Part shown: positions 30,875 through 39,446 of the stretch, one piece after another | Numbering within the stretch: position 1 is the first letter of the stretch | Layout of the letters: every line of letters begins with the position of its first letter | Origin: Desulfobacterales bacterium | GTDB taxonomy: Bacteria > Desulfobacterota > Desulfobacteria > Desulfobacterales > UBA5852 | DNA: 64,000 nt | NCBI GenBank assembly: GCA_963674755.2 | Contig: CAXXVS010000003.1 | Span: 2,688,001 to 2,752,000 of the forward strand | Direction of reading: 5' to 3' | Notes under the pieces: model-generated | What the model was told of the DNA's origin: nothing | Databases searched by the model: none | What the model saw: the letters and a program-made list of their open reading frames with translations, nothing else | Made by a program: the position numbers and the translations under genes

Positions 30875-31204
30875 TTATCCGGGCAGGGCATTGATCAACT
30901 GAACGATAACGACCGGATCGTGTGCAAGGGCGCCGGTGATCGTGGCTTTGGGCGGCGGGATTTTTTTGACGGAAAACAGGAGCGGCACCAGGAGGATTAC
31001 CAGGCCCATAATGATCAACCGCAAGCTGGTGTAAAGCGGGTTTCTCGGGGGGCGGCGCTTGCGGGGTTGGCTGCTGATGGTGTTGTGCCGGTTGGCCGGC
31101 CTTCGATCGACGGCGTTAAGATGTTTGCGACGGCTGCCGGCCGGAGCGGAGCTTGCCAGAAGCTCCGTAATGATGGTTTCGAGATCTTTTTCAGACTTAG
31201 CCAT
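30875..31204 (-). CDS. Hypothetical single-TM protein
   Basis: GGAGG RBS; basic linker followed by hydrophobic LIIMGLVILLVPLLF. Confidence 0.45.
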   Translation of the reverse strand: MAKSEKDLETIITELLASSAPAGSRRKHLNAVDRRPANRHNTISSQPRKRRPPRNPLYTSLRLIIMGLVILLVPLLFSVKKIPPPKATITGALAHDPVVIVQLINALPG

Positions 31205-31391
31205 TGCCACCTCCTATGGTACGAGGTGCTGGACTTCGACTTCCAATTGGTATCCGACTTCCTGTTCGTGTGTGGTGCATCAATAGAACAATAATGACTT
31301 TGGAGCGGAATTACAAGCCTGGATGCCGGATAGACCATCCGAGCCAATCCTCCAACAGCGCAGCAGCACGCCGGCCTCCATTTGGAAAGCG

Positions 31392-32111
31392 TTAATGCCG
31401 GAGCCATTTGAACGATTTAAGCGGGATCCGGCTTCGTTCGAGTTGATCGAGCAATTTATTGGAAAGCGCGCCGGATTCGCCTCTGTGGAAAAACCGCAAT
31501 GCGAAGCTGGCCGTCGTTATCCCGTCATCGTAGTCCCTGTCCAAATCCAGCGAGACGACCGTTACATCATTGCCCTTTACAACCTCCACGACACCCAAGA
31601 TATCAACATCGTTTGTAAATTTCAGCTCCAGGTATCGGTAAACGTCTTTTCGATAGTATCGTTCGAGCGAACGCAGCAGCACCAGCGAAAAAAGCGCTAA
31701 AAGGGTCGTGCTGACGGCAATCCCATAAAGACCGGCGCCGCAGGTCATGCCGATCGCCGCCGAGATCCACAAGCATGCTGCGGTGGTGAGCCCGACAACG
31801 GTGAAGCCCTCTTTCAGGATAACACCGGCGCCTAAAAAGCCGATGCCGGTGACCACCTGGGCCGCAATCCGGCCCGGATCCGTGACTTTGGTGAAGCCCT
31901 CCGGCGCTAGGACATCCAGGGTCGCGATGTGGGTGGACAGGATGAAAAACAGAGCCGAACCGGCGCTGACCAGGATATGGGTTCGCAAACCGGCCTGCCG
32001 GCCGTGCACATCGCGTTCGATGCCCAGAATGCCTCCCAAAAGGGCCGCCGCGAAAATGCGGAAAATAAGGTTCCACGGTTCCTGTGATAGTAGATCCAAA
32101 GCCATTTGCAT
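31392..32111 (-). CDS. MgtC/SapB family membrane protein
   Basis: LG.ER......AGLRTH.LV..G, DP.RIAAQVVTGIGFLGAG.I, GLTTAA.LW. Confidence 0.92.
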   Translation of the reverse strand: MQMALDLLSQEPWNLIFRIFAAALLGGILGIERDVHGRQAGLRTHILVSAGSALFFILSTHIATLDVLAPEGFTKVTDPGRIAAQVVTGIGFLGAGVILKEGFTVVGLTTAACLWISAAIGMTCGAGLYGIAVSTTLLALFSLVLLRSLERYYRKDVYRYLELKFTNDVDILGVVEVVKGNDVTVVSLDLDRDYDDGITTASFALRFFHRGESGALSNKLLDQLERSRIPLKSFKWLRH

Positions 32112-32196
32112 TCCATCCCCACTGATTTCGATCGGGGCGTATGGGGGCCGCTAGATTTGCGGCGCGAACCTGCATGTCAAAGGTTTCGTTCAAGTA

Positions 32197-32210
32197 ATAA
32201 GCATGCTTAT
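32197..32210. promoter_or_regulatory. Perfect palindrome, candidate repressor operator
   Basis: ATAAGCATGCTTAT between the divergent mgtC-like and selenoprotein genes, overlapping a TATATT -10-like hexamer. Confidence 0.45.
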
Positions 32211-32251
32211 ATTAACAGCAATCAACTTAAAAGATTTTGGAAGGTATGACA

Positions 32252-32470
32252 ATGATCCCGTCTGAACCGGTTTGCTATTGCTTCGGGTACACGGCCGAGG
32301 ATATCCGCAGGGACTATGCGGAACATGGGTATTCAACCCTTCTGGAGAGGATCAAAGCGGAGAAGAAAAGGGGGAATTGCCAGTGCGGGATCAAAAACCC
32401 CAAAGGCCGTTGATGCCTGGCGGATGTTCGCCAGGTGGTGAACCGGATTGTCACGGATCAAATAAACTGA
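32252..32470 (+). CDS. Probable selenoprotein: CopZ-N/BFD-like (2Fe-2S)-binding small protein, Sec at UGA 32411-32413
   Basis: MIPSEPVCYCFGYTAEDIRRDYAEHGYSTLLERIKAEKKRGNCQCGIKNPKGR-U-CLADVRQVVNRIVTDQIN; UGA sits at the first Cys of the family NPxGxCC motif; SECIS-like hairpin follows; GGAAGG RBS. Confidence 0.8.
32426..32443 (+). promoter_or_regulatory. Bacterial SECIS-like hairpin
   Basis: GTTCGCC-AGGT-GGTGAAC starting 12 nt after the UGA; AGGU resembles the apical sequence of the E. coli fdhF SECIS. Confidence 0.7.
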
Positions 32471-32545
32471 ATGTTTGCCTTTTCCCTTCTCGCCTTTATT
32501 CCGATCCATGCATGAATAGTTGGCGTCCTAAAAAGTTCCTGAGCC

Positions 32546-32614
32546 GTCACGCCCGCGAAGTCGGGAGTCCAAAACTATTGAACTAACGGGTTTCCCGTCT
32601 TCACGGAAAATGAC
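32546..32614. repeat. Degenerate REP doublet (GTCATTCCCGCG..GCGGGAATCC type)
   Basis: GTCACGCCCGCGAAGTCGGGAGTCCA ... GGGTTTCCCGTCTTCACGGAAAATGAC. Confidence 0.5.
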
Positions 32615-32708
32615 AAGCCGATGCTTTCAGGCGTTTTTTAAAAGTGCATTAAGCATGGAACGATAGGTCCTTCTAATTGCACCCGGCAGCCTGTCGCGGT
32701 TCTATCCA

Positions 32709-33170
32709 CTATCCCGGGTCGACGGCTTCAAACGCCTTGTGACGGTATTTCACGAAGGCTATCTTTTTATCGCGGGCAAACCCCAGGCGGGAGAAGAACT
32801 CATGAGCCGCGCTGCGGAAAACGCTGCTGGACAGCATGATCTTGGTGCAGTGCTGCCGCCAGCAGACGGCTTCGATTTCCTGAACCAGAAAGCGGCCCCA
32901 CCCGCCGCCGCGCCGAACAGGGTCCACCACCAGGTTTTCGAGCACGGCATAGGGGAGGGTGCCGTACATGGGATCCAGGCACAGGGTGAGGAAAGCGGTG
33001 GCCCATACGCCGCCGTCTTCTTCTCCGACAAACAGAAAATTGTGGGGGTCGGCAGCGATTTGTGCGACCCGCTCCGGGGTCACGGCCAGATGACGGTCTC
33101 CAGGCGCCAGGATGCGATAGAGCCGCAAAATAGCCGCTGCATCGGCCGCAACCGCTTCGCGCAGAATCAT
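32709..33170 (-). CDS. GNAT family N-acetyltransferase
   Basis: LENLVVDP.RRG.GWGR.L...C.KIML.S...R..AH.F...LGF. Confidence 0.88.
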   Translation of the reverse strand: MILREAVAADAAAILRLYRILAPGDRHLAVTPERVAQIAADPHNFLFVGEEDGGVWATAFLTLCLDPMYGTLPYAVLENLVVDPVRRGGGWGRFLVQEIEAVCWRQHCTKIMLSSSVFRSAAHEFFSRLGFARDKKIAFVKYRHKAFEAVDPG

Positions 33171-33411
33171 AGGCCCTCCCCTCCGGTCGCATGGCGATCG
33201 TGGTGTCCATAAGGTGAAACAGCGTCCACGACCATAGCAATACCATTCTCCGGATTCAAGCAAACCGATGGATTGCAGCCTTTTCAGACACGCAAGGACC
33301 TGTCGGCGCTAAAACTAAATCTTGCATAGGCTGCCGATCCGGGCTATCAAAAGCACTCTCGCCGGCGAACCAACCTCATAAGCAGCCACAGCTGCACGGA
33401 GACGACCCACG

Positions 33412-34587
33412 ATGAAAATCATTGTGCTGGGTGGACTCGGATACCAGGGCAGGGCCGCACTCATCGATCTGATGCGCAGTGCGGAGGTAACCGAAGTGGT
33501 CTGCGCCGACGCGCAAACCGACGGCCTGGCGGCCCTGGCCGGTTTCGAGGGCTTTGCCAAAGTGCGGGCGGTAGCGGTGAACGCCGCCTCGCCGGACACT
33601 TTGGCCGCCCTGCTGGAAGAGGGGGCGGATGCGGCCATCGACCTGCTGCCCATCCAGTTTATGCCGGCGGCGTTCGAGGCTGCCGTCGCCGCGCGCGTGC
33701 CCCTGGTGAGCACCAACTATGCGAAAGATTTGCGCCATCTGGATCAGCCCGCCCGGGAACGGGGGGTCACCCTCATGCCCGAATGCGGCCTGGATCCGGG
33801 CATCGATCTGGTCATCATCGGGGGCGCGGTGCCGCGCTTCGACCGCCTGACCCGGCTGGATTCTTATTGCGGCGGCATTCCCGAAAAGAGCGCCTGCGAC
33901 AATCCGCTCAACTACAAGATCAGCTGGAACTGGGAGATGGTCCTCACCAGCCAGATGCGTCCGTCGCGCTTTATCCGTGACGGCCGGACGCTCGATGTGC
34001 CGGCCGCCGACCAGCATGCCTGCGGGATGAACCACGAGGTGGACTTTCCCAGCCTGGGCCGGCTGGAAGCCATCCCCAACGGCGACGCCGTGGCCTATAT
34101 CGAACGACTCGGGTTGTCGGAAACCATCCGGGACGCCGGCCGCTATTCCCTGCGCTGGCCGGGCTGGCGTGCTTTCTGGCAGACCCTGAAACTGTTGGGG
34201 TTTTTGGAGGAAGCGCCGGTGCCCGGCCTCCCCGGGGGGGTGTCGCCCAAGCAATTTATGGTGAAGCACCTGGAGCCCCGGCTGCAATACGGGCCGCAAG
34301 AAAAGGACCTGACGCCCATGGTCAATGTCTTCGAAGGCGAAAAGGACGGGCGCCGCCTGCGCCTGACCACCCGTCTGCTCATCGCGCGCGACCTGACAAG
34401 CGGTCTGCTGGGCATGAGCCTGGGCGTGGGCTGGACGGCCAGCCTGGTGGCCCAGATGATCGCCCGGGGCGAGATCGCAACCCCCGGGCTGCTCTCGCCC
34501 GTGCAGGATATTCCTTACGGCCGTTTCATGGCCGAGCTGGCGAACCGGGGGATTAACGTCAAGGAAGACATCGAGTGGCTGGGGTGA
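33412..34587 (+). CDS. Saccharopine dehydrogenase family protein (lysine 6-dehydrogenase-like)
   Basis: IIVLGGLGYQG, ECGLDPGI, SYCGG.P...NPL.YKISW, LEA.PN, LRWPG. Confidence 0.82.
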   Translation: MKIIVLGGLGYQGRAALIDLMRSAEVTEVVCADAQTDGLAALAGFEGFAKVRAVAVNAASPDTLAALLEEGADAAIDLLPIQFMPAAFEAAVAARVPLVSTNYAKDLRHLDQPARERGVTLMPECGLDPGIDLVIIGGAVPRFDRLTRLDSYCGGIPEKSACDNPLNYKISWNWEMVLTSQMRPSRFIRDGRTLDVPAADQHACGMNHEVDFPSLGRLEAIPNGDAVAYIERLGLSETIRDAGRYSLRWPGWRAFWQTLKLLGFLEEAPVPGLPGGVSPKQFMVKHLEPRLQYGPQEKDLTPMVNVFEGEKDGRRLRLTTRLLIARDLTSGLLGMSLGVGWTASLVAQMIARGEIATPGLLSPVQDIPYGRFMAELANRGINVKEDIEWLG

Positions 34588-34652
34588 CCGACAATGAGCG
34601 GCCGCCCGTGCATAGACGTTTTTGTAACAACCCTCATAAAAGGAGAAAAGTG

Positions 34653-35450
34653 ATGCGTATGGCAAAAATCGGTCGAATCCTTTTACTGCTGGTCTTCGTA
34701 GTGGGGCTGGCCGCGGCGGCCCAGGCCGACGCCCTGGAGGACATCCTCCAGCGCGGCGAACTGCGGGTGGCCGTCCAGACCCAGGGCCCTCCTTTCAGCT
34801 TCGTGGACAAGAACGGCGAGCGGACCGGCAGCTCGGTGGAATTCTGCAAGCTGATGGCCCAGGAGATGGGGGTCAAGGTCGTCTTCCTGGATTATGACTG
34901 GGACGGCCTGATTCCGGCCCTGCTGTCCAAGAAGGCGGACATTTTGGCGGCCGACATGACCGCCAAGCTGAGCCGGGCCCTGAAAGTTTCCTTCACCAAA
35001 CCGTTCTACACCACCGGCCAGGTGATGTACGTGAAGGCCGGCTCGCCCATCAAGTCGGCGGCCGACGCCAACAAGCCGGACATCACGGTGGCCACCCTGC
35101 TGGGTTCCAGCTACACGGACACCGCCAAGAAGTTCATGCCCAAGGCCACCATCAAGGAGTACAAGGGCGGCGGCAACATCGCCATGAACGCCGTGGTGGC
35201 GGGCCATGCCGACGTGGGCGTGGCCGATCTGAGCTCGGTGAACGCCATGGCGGCCACCTATCCGCCGGGCACCCTGACCATTCTGCCGGCCATGCTGTCC
35301 TATGAACCCCTGAGCTTTGCGGTGCGACCCGAAGACCGCCACCTGCTGGAGTGGGTCAACCTGTTCTTCGACTGGATCCGCGCCGACGGCCGCTACGATG
35401 CCAACATGGAGTATTGGGTGGAGACCACGGACTGGAAGGCCGACCATTAG
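34653..35450 (+). CDS. Polar amino acid ABC transporter substrate-binding protein
   Basis: Signal peptide (..AQA|D), RGELRV, PPFSF.D..G...G, WDGLIPAL, VSFTKPFY. Confidence 0.9.
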   Translation: MRMAKIGRILLLLVFVVGLAAAAQADALEDILQRGELRVAVQTQGPPFSFVDKNGERTGSSVEFCKLMAQEMGVKVVFLDYDWDGLIPALLSKKADILAADMTAKLSRALKVSFTKPFYTTGQVMYVKAGSPIKSAADANKPDITVATLLGSSYTDTAKKFMPKATIKEYKGGGNIAMNAVVAGHADVGVADLSSVNAMAATYPPGTLTILPAMLSYEPLSFAVRPEDRHLLEWVNLFFDWIRADGRYDANMEYWVETTDWKADH

Positions 35451-35593
35451 AAACCGTCTTGGAAAAGTCTTTTGATCCCATATCGGCGTTGGATGCTTCT
35501 TTCGCCTCCTCGAAATACCGATGTATTCCTGCGGGGCGAAAGGCGCATCCGCCTTGATCTGGGATCAAAATCCAGATTTCAAGACGGTTTCTA
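35448..35593 (+). repeat. 146-bp palindromic structured element, copy 3
   Basis: TAGAAACCGTCTTG / CAAGACGGTTTCTA terminal IR; begins at the TAG stop of the SBP gene. Confidence 0.85.
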
Positions 35594-35694
35594 AAAGCGT
35601 TTCTGCTTGGAATCGGTGGCTGAGGGGTTTGGTACCGGCCGCCGATACGTTATTGAATTGGATCCAAACCGCTTGATCCACAAGGTGCGGCCGC

Positions 35695-36369
35695 ATGCTG
35701 GAAACCTTCAATTTCCGCGTTATCTGGGCCACCATGCCCCAGTTCCTGCACGGGTTGGGCGCTACGGCCTGGATCTCGCTGGTGGCCCTGGTGGGGGCCA
35801 TGCTGGTGGGCATCCTGGCCTGTGTGATGCGGCTTTCGGGACGGCGCCTGCTTGCCCTGCCGGCCGTGGTCTTCATTGAAGTCATCCGTTCGACCCCGCT
35901 CCTGGCGCAGCTCTATTTCTTCTATTTCGGCCTGCCGGGGCTGGGGTTGCGGTTTTCCGAAACCCAGACCGGGATCGTGGCCCTTTCCCTCAACAGCGGG
36001 GCCTATGTGGCCGAGATCATCCGGGCCGGAGTGATGTCGATTCCCCGGGGACAGACCGAGGCCGCGGCGGCCTCCGGGCTGAACCTCTACCAGCGCCTGC
36101 GCTATATCATCCTGCCCCAGGCCATCGGCGTCACCATTCCGGCCCTGCTGGGGCAGATGATCGTGCTGGTCAAGGACAGCGCCCTGCTGGCCCTCATCTC
36201 GGTGTTCGAACTGACCCGGGCCGGGCAACTGATGGCCTCGGAGCGTTTCATGCCGGCCGAAGGCTTTTTCACCACGGCTGTCTTCTATCTCCTGATCTAC
36301 TTCGTGCTGAAATATGCTTCCGGTCAATGGCAGAAGCGGCTGATTTTCCGGCCGGCGGGAGGGGTCTGA
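35695..36369 (+). CDS. Amino acid ABC transporter permease
   Basis: RSTPLLAQL, AYVAEIIRAG..SIP.GQ.EAA, KDSAL. Confidence 0.92.
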   Translation: MLETFNFRVIWATMPQFLHGLGATAWISLVALVGAMLVGILACVMRLSGRRLLALPAVVFIEVIRSTPLLAQLYFFYFGLPGLGLRFSETQTGIVALSLNSGAYVAEIIRAGVMSIPRGQTEAAAASGLNLYQRLRYIILPQAIGVTIPALLGQMIVLVKDSALLALISVFELTRAGQLMASERFMPAEGFFTTAVFYLLIYFVLKYASGQWQKRLIFRPAGGV

Positions 36370-36372
36370 GCC

Positions 36373-37041
36373 ATGTGGGGCTTTTATCTCCAGAATCTGC
36401 TCGATTCACTGCCCTTTTTCTTCAAGGGCCTCTGGGTGACGGTCCAGGTGGCGGGCCTGAGCCTGGCCATCGGTACGGTCTGCGGCTTCATGCTGGGCAT
36501 CGCCCGTGCGGGTCGGGTCCGCGCCCTGAACTTTGTCCTGGCCGTCTATGTGGACCTGATCCGCGGCACCCCGTTCCTGGTGCAGATTTTCATCGTGTTC
36601 TTCATCCTGCCCGAGTGGGGCATCCAGTTGGAAGCCTTCAGTTCGGCGGTGTTGAGCCTCTCGATCTACGGCACGGCCTACATCTGCGAAATCGTCTGCG
36701 GCGCCGTCCAGGGCGTACCCAATGGACAGCGCGAAGCCGCGGCGGCCAGCGGGTTGAACTGGATCCAGCAGATGCGCTATGTGGTGGTGCCCCAGGCCCT
36801 GCGGCCGATCCTGCCGCCCCTGGTGGGACAATATGTGCTGTTGATCAAGGACACGGCCGTGGTCTCGGTGATCGGATTGACGGACGTGACCCGCGTGGGC
36901 TGGCTCACCGTGCAACGTATTCCCAACGGTATCCTGGTGTTCGGCCTGGTGGGCCTGCTGTACTTTTCGATCTGCTACCCCCTGGTTTGGTTTTCCAACC
37001 GGCTGGAAGGCCGGCTGACAGTGGAGGACAACACGCTCTAA
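36373..37041 (+). CDS. Amino acid ABC transporter permease
   Basis: RGTPFLVQIF, AYICEI..G...VP.GQREAA, IKDTA. Confidence 0.92.
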   Translation: MWGFYLQNLLDSLPFFFKGLWVTVQVAGLSLAIGTVCGFMLGIARAGRVRALNFVLAVYVDLIRGTPFLVQIFIVFFILPEWGIQLEAFSSAVLSLSIYGTAYICEIVCGAVQGVPNGQREAAAASGLNWIQQMRYVVVPQALRPILPPLVGQYVLLIKDTAVVSVIGLTDVTRVGWLTVQRIPNGILVFGLVGLLYFSICYPLVWFSNRLEGRLTVEDNTL

Positions 37042-37107
37042 CAGGCCATGGATAAACGGCGCCAAAGGCCGAAATGCAGCGTGACAATAAGCGGAGAACG
37101 AGCGCGC

Positions 37108-37836
37108 ATGATTCGCTTCAACAAGGTGAACAAGTACTTCGGCGACCTGCACGTGCTGCAGGATATCGACCTCAACATCGCCCCTAGTGAGGTGGCCGTG
37201 GTCTGCGGCCCCAGCGGTTCAGGCAAGAGTACCCTGATCCGCTGCATCAACCGCCTGGAGACGATCCAGTCCGGCGAAATTTTCGTGGACGACCTCGCGG
37301 TCCACGACCGCGCCACGGATCTCATCCGCCTGCGGACCGAGGTGGGCTTCGTCTTCCAGCAGTTCAACCTTTACCCCCACATGACGGCCCTGGAAAACGT
37401 GACCCTGGCGCCCATGAAGGTGCGTAAGACTCCACCGACCCAGGCCCGGGAACTCGGTCTGGACCTGTTGGCCAAGGTGGGCATCCACGAGAAGGCCGAT
37501 GCCTACCCGGCCCAGCTTTCGGGCGGCCAGCAGCAGCGGGTGGCCATTGCCCGGGGCCTGGCCATGGAGCCCCAAATCATGCTCTTCGACGAGCCCACGT
37601 CCGCCCTGGACCCGGAGATGATCAACGAGGTCCTGGAGGTCATGATCCAGCTTGCCAAGGACGGCATGACCATGGTGGTGGTGACCCACGAGATGGGCTT
37701 TGCCCGGGAAGTGGGCCACAAAGTCGTCTTCATGGACATGGGCCAGATTGTCGAAACTGCCTCGCCCGACAAATTCTTCACCAACGCCCAAAACGAGCGC
37801 ACCCTGCTGTTCCTGAGCAAGATCTTAAGCCACTGA
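37108..37836 (+). CDS. Amino acid ABC transporter ATP-binding protein (GlnQ-like)
   Basis: GPSGSGKST, LSGGQQQR, LFDEPTSALDPE, VVTHE. Confidence 0.95.
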   Translation: MIRFNKVNKYFGDLHVLQDIDLNIAPSEVAVVCGPSGSGKSTLIRCINRLETIQSGEIFVDDLAVHDRATDLIRLRTEVGFVFQQFNLYPHMTALENVTLAPMKVRKTPPTQARELGLDLLAKVGIHEKADAYPAQLSGGQQQRVAIARGLAMEPQIMLFDEPTSALDPEMINEVLEVMIQLAKDGMTMVVVTHEMGFAREVGHKVVFMDMGQIVETASPDKFFTNAQNERTLLFLSKILSH

Positions 37837-37870
37837 AATGCCCTTTGCGGCGGTTCTTCGCGGGAGACGC

Positions 37871-39019
37871 ATGCCCCGATCCGAGGACAATTCGAAAACA
37901 CTTTTTGCCGACGCCGAAGACCTGTCCGGTCCCTGGATCGAAGTGGATCTGGCCGCCATCGCACGCAATGCCGAACGGATTCACCGTTGGTGCGGCCGGC
38001 CCCTGATGCCGGTGATCAAGGCCAATGCCTATGGTCATGGAATCGTAGCGGTGGCGCGCCGGCTGGCGTGCACGGAAGGCGTTTACGGACTGTGCGTCGG
38101 CAATGTGCGCGAGGCCCGATCCCTGCGGGAGGCCGGGCTCACCCTTCCGGTTCTGAACCTGGGACCTTTTTCCCTGTCCGAAGCCGAAGACATTGTTTCC
38201 AAGGACATCATCCAATCGGTCTATTCGGAGGCCGTCACCCTGCTGGACCGGGCCGCGGCCGCCCAGGGCCGCACGGCCGCCGTGCACATCAAGATCGACA
38301 CCGGTCTGGGCCGCACCGGTGTGTCCTATGACCGAGCCGCCGCATTCATCGCTACCGTTTCCCGCTTGAAGAACGTTCGCATCGCCGGCGTTTTCACCGC
38401 CCTTAGCGAAGATCCGGAATTCGATGCGGTCCAATTGCAGCGTTTTACGGCCGCCCTGGACCCGGCGGCCGCGGAAGGCATCGATGTAGGCCTGCGCCAT
38501 GCCGCCTCCAGCGCCGCCATTTTGGACCGTCCGGCCCCGGCTCTGGACCTGGTGCGCCCCGGCATCATGATTCTGGGGCACTATCCGTCGGCGGCCGAAC
38601 ACCAGCGCCGTCGCATCGAACTGGAGCCGGCCCTGGCCCTCAAGGCCCGGGTGGCCCTGGTCAAGCGCCTCGAGGCCGGTGATCCGGTGGGCTACCACCG
38701 GGCCTACCACGCGCCGGCCGACGAGACCTTTATCACCGGCGCCATCGGCTACAGCGACGGCTATCCGGTGCAGCTCGCCGATCGGGCTCCGTGCCTCATC
38801 GGCGGCCGTCGCCACCCGCTGGTGGCCGCGGTCAGCGCCAATCACATCTTCGTGCGCAGTACGGGCGGAGAAGTCCGGCCCGGCGACGAGATCGTGCTCT
38901 ACGGCCGCCAGGGCGAAGCCTTTATCGACCTGCAGGAGATCGCCGGCCTGGCCGGGCGCTCGGTCTACAACCTGCTGGCCCGTCTCAATCCGGAATTGCC
39001 ACGCTTTTACCGGGATTGA
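37871..39019 (+). CDS. Alanine racemase family PLP enzyme (variant active site)
   Basis: VIKANAYGHG, HIKIDTG, H.ASS, VRPG, VGY, GY.DG; VSANH replaces the usual CMD. Confidence 0.85.
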   Translation: MPRSEDNSKTLFADAEDLSGPWIEVDLAAIARNAERIHRWCGRPLMPVIKANAYGHGIVAVARRLACTEGVYGLCVGNVREARSLREAGLTLPVLNLGPFSLSEAEDIVSKDIIQSVYSEAVTLLDRAAAAQGRTAAVHIKIDTGLGRTGVSYDRAAAFIATVSRLKNVRIAGVFTALSEDPEFDAVQLQRFTAALDPAAAEGIDVGLRHAASSAAILDRPAPALDLVRPGIMILGHYPSAAEHQRRRIELEPALALKARVALVKRLEAGDPVGYHRAYHAPADETFITGAIGYSDGYPVQLADRAPCLIGGRRHPLVAAVSANHIFVRSTGGEVRPGDEIVLYGRQGEAFIDLQEIAGLAGRSVYNLLARLNPELPRFYRD

Positions 39020-39060
39020 GGTCCGCGGCCAGCCGGGTGAGGGTTAAGGCACAAGCGATC

Positions 39061-39197
39061 ACCACGAAGGTCACGAAGAACACGAAGGGGGTTGCGTTTT
39101 GATCTAAACGCGCCACCTCTGGTGGAGGATGTGGAGAGGTCTTACCGATCAGGTTTTATCCTGATGTTACTTTTCTTCCGCGTGGCAGAAAAGTAAC
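39061..39197. repeat. Cluster of REP-like sequences
   Basis: CACGAAG x3 (39063, 39072, 39081) and IR GTTACTTTTCT / AGAAAAGTAAC (39166-39197). Confidence 0.55.
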
Positions 39198-39446
39198 CAA
39201 TAACGCCTCCGCGTGACAGGTCTCAGACGCCCGTGTCCCGCTTGATCCTGCGCGTCGTCGGCTCGGGACAAAGGGAAACCGGAAAACCAAAAATCGAAAC
39301 ATTATTTTATAACCTCCTTTGAGGGGACTACTTGAAGCCTCCTGGTCTGCTAAAGGAGCCTCACTTATAAATCCTGTCGCCGGGAACTTTTTAGAGCATT
39401 ATTCTGATAAGATCTCGGATAAGGCATTAAAGGAGATCCAACAACG

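Noticed and set aside
32272..32586. 104-aa plus-strand ORF from the track
   Set aside because: Out-of-frame shadow of the selenoprotein gene; no RBS or motif
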